Source: Candidatus Latescibacterota bacterium | GTDB taxonomy: Bacteria; Latescibacterota; UBA2968; GCA-2709665 | NCBI GenBank assembly: GCA_965208835.1 | Contig: OZ242358.1 | Coordinates: forward strand, 4,864,001-4,928,000 | Length of the DNA: 64,000 nt | Direction: 5' to 3' | Part shown: piece after piece, positions 59,568-64,000 of the stretch | Position numbering within the stretch: the stretch's first letter is position 1 | Layout: each line of letters starts with the position of its first letter | Position numbers and translations under genes: made by a program | Notes under the pieces: model-generated | Told to the model about the DNA's origin: nothing | The model's input: the letters and a program-made list of their open reading frames with translations, nothing else | Databases searched by the model: none

Positions 59568-59961
59568 AATTCAATGGGTGGTCCACGATACCATCCGGCC
59601 GGTTTTTCTCGTACGAAACGCCGCCAGCCAATCCGGCCGTTCAGAGTCCCCTCTTCCTTCCTGTCTGAATAACACCAGAATTGGTAGTTTCCCAACGAAA
59701 CGCATTGTATTATCGTTATCCAAAGAGCCTTGCCACAACGAACCGGGCGGAAGCTGACGGGGAAGTCCGGGGTGTGTCTGTCCCGCGTCTCTATCGCAAG
59801 CCGGTAGAAGCAGGCTTCAACCCGGAAACACGATGTTGCCGGCAGTCGCTACAGAATCGCCCCGGTCGCGCCACACCCGTCAATAACACGATTCCCTTTC
59901 GCTTCTTGAGTCACCCGGAAGCTGTTCCTCCTACCTGAAGCTGCCATCCCCGGCATTACAT

Positions 59962-61707
59962 ATGGATCATGCCAGGAGACAGCCTTTGTCAAAGCGCAAT
60001 GAATCTCAAGGGCACAGGCGCGGCACCCACCCAAGTCGAGACAGGCGCAACCGGTCGCTGCCCTGGTCAATACGTCTGCGCTCGACGCTGGACGGCTTGT
60101 CCGACCGTCTGCTACATCTCCAATCGCCCGACGAACGTCCGTGGAAGTTTACGCTGCCGGTGCTCGCTCTGGCCTTTGTCGCACGGGCGGCCATTGCCCT
60201 CTCCGGCGACTTCGTCCTGCACCCCGACGAGGTCATGCAGTACCTCGAGCCTGCGCATCGCCTGGTCTTCGGCAACGGCGTAACCTATTGGGAGTACTTC
60301 TACGGCGCGCGCTCGTGGCTTGTGTCCGGGTTGGTCGCGTGTGTCCTGAAGCTGTTCGACGTCGGCGGTTTCGGTCAGCCATCCTGGTACGTCGGCGGTG
60401 TCAAGCTCCTGTTTTGCGCGATCTCCCTGCTCATCCCGGCGGGCATGTATTTTTTCGCCCGGCGGCACTTTGGCGAGATCCCGGCGCGGATCGCGTTGAT
60501 AATGGGTGCTTTCTGGTACGAGCTTGCAGGCTTTGCCCATAAGCCAATGACCGAGTTCGTCGCCACAGCCCTGCTGGTATCCTTGCTCGCACTCTGTGTG
60601 CGGCCAGCGTCGGATAAACTTCGGCTGGGACTGACGGCGGCTCTGCTGGCCGTATTGGTGGCGGCGACCAGAGTGCAGTATGCCCCGTTGGCCCTGCTGG
60701 TCCTCGGTCTGTTCTTTTTGCGCACCCGGAAGAAGATACAGCTGGTGGCCGCCGCGGCCGCGACGCTTGTCGGCGTGGGAATATTCGACGCGATTACATG
60801 GGATAGCGGGCTGTTTCATTCCTACATTTCCAATATCCGCCTTAACCTTGCCCTTGGCGCCCTGCGCGCCGGCGAAAGCCCGGCATGGCAGTTCCTCTAT
60901 TGGCTCACGATCGCAAGTATGGGGCTGGCGGCACTGTGCGTCCTGGCGGCACTGCGCGACGTACGGCGTTACGGACTCCTGTTGTGTCTCATCACTCTGA
61001 CGCTCCTGTTTCATTCTACACAGACCCACAAGGAGTATCGTTTTATCTTTGTCGTGACTCCGCTCTGGCTGATGATCGGCGCGGATGTCGGGGTATGGCT
61101 CGCGTCGCGAGCCAGCCAGGGCAGATTGCGCAAAGCCTCAAGACCGATTTCCCTCGCGCTTGCGACGTCCCTGACTGCGATTTCCCTGGCCGGCATCCTG
61201 AACGCGCTCCCGTACCAGGCCAGAGTGTATCGGGGCTATTCAAATGAGACCGGAATCGTCGGCTTTCTGCGCAATCAGGATCCGATTTTCGCTGCGTTCC
61301 GGTATCTCTCAGGCGCGACCGGAGTCTCCGGCGTATGGCTGGTCGACCGCCCCTACTACCAATCCCCCGGCTATTACTATCTGCATCGCGCGATACCGTT
61401 CTACGACGCCATTACCGGGCGCCTCGTCTACGCGGATCCGGAACGGATCGAGGTGAAAGAGATCGAAGCCTCGGTCAGCCACATTGTGTCGGCAGACCCG
61501 GCCACTTACATTTCCGGCTACTCTGTAGAAAGAACATTCGACAACATCCGCGTGCTGCGTCGCAATACAAACCAGCCGACCGTACGCACCTGGCGGGAGT
61601 ATGCCCCGACAATTACCGGCGGCACGTTTACCAGGCTGATGCGAGAACTCTACCCTGACGCTCCCGTTCCTCCGCCCAATTGGGGTATCCGCTTTACCGA
61701 TCCCTGA
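59962..61707 (+). CDS. GT-C glycosyltransferase, Alg9/PIG-B-like mannosyltransferase (GT22-like); start uncertain
   Basis: HPDEVMQYLEPAHRLVFG.G..YWEY..GARSW, many TM helices, HKEYRFI. Confidence 0.8.
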   Translation: MDHARRQPLSKRNESQGHRRGTHPSRDRRNRSLPWSIRLRSTLDGLSDRLLHLQSPDERPWKFTLPVLALAFVARAAIALSGDFVLHPDEVMQYLEPAHRLVFGNGVTYWEYFYGARSWLVSGLVACVLKLFDVGGFGQPSWYVGGVKLLFCAISLLIPAGMYFFARRHFGEIPARIALIMGAFWYELAGFAHKPMTEFVATALLVSLLALCVRPASDKLRLGLTAALLAVLVAATRVQYAPLALLVLGLFFLRTRKKIQLVAAAAATLVGVGIFDAITWDSGLFHSYISNIRLNLALGALRAGESPAWQFLYWLTIASMGLAALCVLAALRDVRRYGLLLCLITLTLLFHSTQTHKEYRFIFVVTPLWLMIGADVGVWLASRASQGRLRKASRPISLALATSLTAISLAGILNALPYQARVYRGYSNETGIVGFLRNQDPIFAAFRYLSGATGVSGVWLVDRPYYQSPGYYYLHRAIPFYDAITGRLVYADPERIEVKEIEASVSHIVSADPATYISGYSVERTFDNIRVLRRNTNQPTVRTWREYAPTITGGTFTRLMRELYPDAPVPPPNWGIRFTDP

Positions 61708-61786
61708 TATGTCAACGCTTCTGACACGTAAAGGGAGTACGATGCCCGCGACTGCTCCTTCTAACCCGTCTCCATCCCAAACCAAA

Positions 61787-61816
61787 AAAGCCGCCGGTTC
61801 GAGGTCCGGCGGCTTT
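61787..61816. terminator. Terminator-like hairpin
   Basis: AAAGCCGCCGG-N8-CCGGCGGCTTT. Confidence 0.6.
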
Positions 61817-61959
61817 CCTGTTATACACTGTACCTGTGAGTAAATAAACCCTCTGTGACCGAAGTCACCGACCAATCCGACCGAGTGGCAGTAGAAGTCA
61901 ACAATAAAGCCATCGATGATCTGTTGTCGTCGGAAGTGAATCCCATCAAGCCTATTCGC

Positions 61960-62388
61960 TTTTAGCTGTCAGCTATCAGCTGTCAGCTAAAACCAAAGGC
62001 GAGAATCAAAGGCAGCTTAAGGCAAGAACCAAAGTCAAAGGCAAGCCCTCCCCGTCACCCCGCAGACCTCTCAAAATAGCTATCAGCTATCAGCCGTCAG
62101 CTGTCAGATAAAAGCCAAACCGAATCAGTTGACGTCAGCGTTTTAGTACACACGGCCGCGAAAGACGCAGACCTCTCAAAATAGCTGTCAGCTATCAGCC
62201 GTCAGCCAAGAGCGAAAGGCAGAGTCAAGGGCAACCCCTCCACCCACACCCCCACAGACCTCTCAAAACAGCTATCAGCTATCAGCTGTCAGCTAAGAGT
62301 CAGAGGCAAAGTCAAAGACAACCCCTTCGCCCACACCCCCACAGACCTCTCCCCCCAAGCCCCCTCTCCTGTGAGGAGAGGGGGTGGA
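61960..62388 (+). repeat. Family D tandem array (87-105 bp units)
   Basis: CAGACCTCTC anchors at 62063, 62168, 62255 and 62342, the first three followed by AAAA and GCT(A/G)TCA 7-mers; ends in a family C palindrome. Confidence 0.85.
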
Positions 62389-62738
62389 GAACCAGCTGTC
62401 GCGTGCCGGTCATCTATGGACACTATCATTGAAAGGAAATCGCCAGCCCGGCAGGTTTGCCAGCCCAGGACATCAACCCATCACCGTTCCCCCTTCCTTC
62501 GAGAAGGGGGCCAGGGGGTAGGTCCGGGGACGGGGGAGGGGAAAGCGGGCGTTGCTTTATCGATGTCTTATATGTGCTTTGATCAGAGGGAAGATGAATG
62601 AGGGGGTGGATAAACATGCGGACTCACACGGAGACGCGGAGGCGCGAAAATACGCGAAAAAGGCTTTGAGGTGACGACAAAAAAAGCCGCGGCAGAGACT
62701 GTCCCGGCTTTCGCGTCTGAATGAAAAAGCGAGTCATT

Positions 62739-63125
62739 TTAATCCGGGGATCGGTTGTGGAGGAACGGCGGCGGCTCCCTGAATCCCTCGCTCCCCTTGG
62801 CCTTCTCCTCGGAAAACCACTTCCGGAACATTTGGTCGCGTTCATTCCGACCTTCTTCACGGCCCCGTCGAAGTCCCCGTTTGAGATTCCACTGTTTAAC
62901 CGCCTCGTGTACGCCCAGCATAACGTCTTTCACCTCCAATACGAAGAATGAAGCTGTCACAGCAAAAAGCCCGATAGCCCCTGCGTCCGCCACGATGGTA
63001 AAATTCAATTGAAAATCATCGCGACTGGAAGATCGCAGAATTCCGCCACCGATGAAGAATGCCACGAACAGTAACGAAAATATGCTCCTGTCCGTTACGC
63101 TCCATACAGATTCTCTCTCGTCCAT
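62739..63125 (-). CDS. Small two-TM hypothetical protein with GREEG...W...EPPP tail
   Basis: Two hydrophobic segments; downstream minus-strand hairpin with T-run at 62679-62711. Confidence 0.6.
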   Translation of the reverse strand: MDERESVWSVTDRSIFSLLFVAFFIGGGILRSSSRDDFQLNFTIVADAGAIGLFAVTASFFVLEVKDVMLGVHEAVKQWNLKRGLRRGREEGRNERDQMFRKWFSEEKAKGSEGFREPPPFLHNRSPD

Positions 63126-63278
63126 CCAGGCGACACCTTAATTACGAATTTACACGAAAAAAGGCATTGAGGCAACACCACAACTGCGAATTGCACGAAG
63201 GGACGGGAAGAAAGAAATTCAGGCTACAGCCTGTGGAGATATTATGTGTAAACGCAAATAGACGCCATACGGCCGGGG

Positions 63279-64000
63279 TCACCGGATCAGGATCAACCGC
63301 CGGGTATCCTGGAACCCGTTGGCGACGATGACCTGGTAGAAGTAGACGCCGCTCGAGACGGGTGCGCCGCGGTTGTCCGTTCCGCTCCATTGCACCGTAT
63401 AGCGGCCGGGCGCCTGGCGTTCGCGCACGAGCGTGCGCACCTCCTGGCCCAGCAGGTTGTAGATCCTCAGGATCACGTCCCCGCCTTCGGCCAGATCATA
63501 CGGTATGCTCGTCTGAGGGTTGAACGGGTTCGGATAGTTCCGGTGCAGCGCGAACTCCGCCGGTGGGCTCCGCACCTCCAGCGCGCCCGACGCCGCCACC
63601 GGGTTCCTCAGCCGATCCGCGTCGAACACCACGCCCCGCGCGATCTCGAAGCGGGCGACCTCCTCGAACGCCCCGAGGACCCGGAACGTGAAGGTCGCCA
63701 GCGGTCCCCCGCCGCTGACCGATCCCGATCCGACAATGGCGTTGGCCACCGGGACCCGGCCTTCATCCGGCCAGTTCCCGAACAGCGGCGTCCCGCCGCC
63801 CGTCGACTTCAGCAGGTCGCCTTCCGCCGGAGCGACCGTGACGAACTCGAACTTCCCGGCGTCATACAGCAGCTCCAGACCGTAGCCGTTCAGCCGCCTG
63901 GCGTTGGCCGTGGACACGGTCATCGAGATCGTCCCGCCGGGAGGCGCCATCTCGCCGGCCAGCTCGAGCGTCATCTCCACGTTGGCGTTCACGCCGGCAC
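63279..64000 (-). CDS. C-terminal part (cohesin-like + FlgD-Ig/T9SS-like domain) of a paralog of the 52884-57587 protein; truncated by the window edge
   Basis: Colinear high similarity, e.g. IPYDLAEGGDV.LRIYNLLGQEVRTLVRERQAPGRYTVQWSG is shared. Confidence 0.88.
   Translation of the reverse strand, partial: AGVNANVEMTLELAGEMAPPGGTISMTVSTANARRLNGYGLELLYDAGKFEFVTVAPAEGDLLKSTGGGTPLFGNWPDEGRVPVANAIVGSGSVSGGGPLATFTFRVLGAFEEVARFEIARGVVFDADRLRNPVAASGALEVRSPPAEFALHRNYPNPFNPQTSIPYDLAEGGDVILRIYNLLGQEVRTLVRERQAPGRYTVQWSGTDNRGAPVSSGVYFYQVIVANGFQDTRRLILIR

Noticed and set aside
59755-59800. RNase P RNA or cobalamin riboswitch (GGGAAGTCCGG)
   Set aside because: Other conserved elements (AACAGAA...GGCTTA; GCCACTG) are absent.
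61960-62388. CRISPR array
   Set aside because: Inter-repeat segments are homologous to each other, repeats are built of 7-mers, unit length is irregular, and no cas genes are in the window.
52884-64000. Diversity-generating retroelement TR/VR pair in the duplicated C-terminal cassette
   Set aside because: Differences do not appear adenine-specific, both copies are coding, and no reverse transcriptase gene is in the window.

Overview
High-GC bacterial chromosomal window from a diderm organism. Proteins with FlgD-Ig/T9SS-like C-terminal domains, dockerin/cohesin modules and a UBact locus suggest an FCB-group lineage such as Latescibacterota (inference). About 47 genes are present: pepA, a sulfatase, pyrE, a YbdK-like ligase, an MscS-like/CBS/MgtE cluster, TauE + TIGR02186, a ThDP enzyme with a variant PIG-L protein, an AGCS symporter, UPF0182, a beta-oxidation cluster (one gene frameshifted), msrAB, msrP, and three secreted FlgD-Ig-type surface proteins near a GT22-like glycosyltransferase. 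Three things stand out. (1) A complete UBact-proteasome operon (ARC ATPase, Dop, UBact ending RTGE, 20S beta, 20S alpha, PafA) whose ATPase lacks a HbYX/GQYL tail. (2) A dense set of non-coding repeat families, chiefly an element with inverted arms of degenerate 7-mers around a bi-palindromic core. It has 11 copies in 64 kb; two lie in the proteasome gene run, two supply stop codons, and one lies just upstream of a GxxExxY nuclease-fold gene. (3) A 1567-aa acidic dockerin+cohesin surface protein with a perfect consensus sigma70 promoter and a ~375-nt leader. No tRNA, rRNA, CRISPR array or intact transposase was recognised. All calls come from motif recognition by eye; no database search was run.
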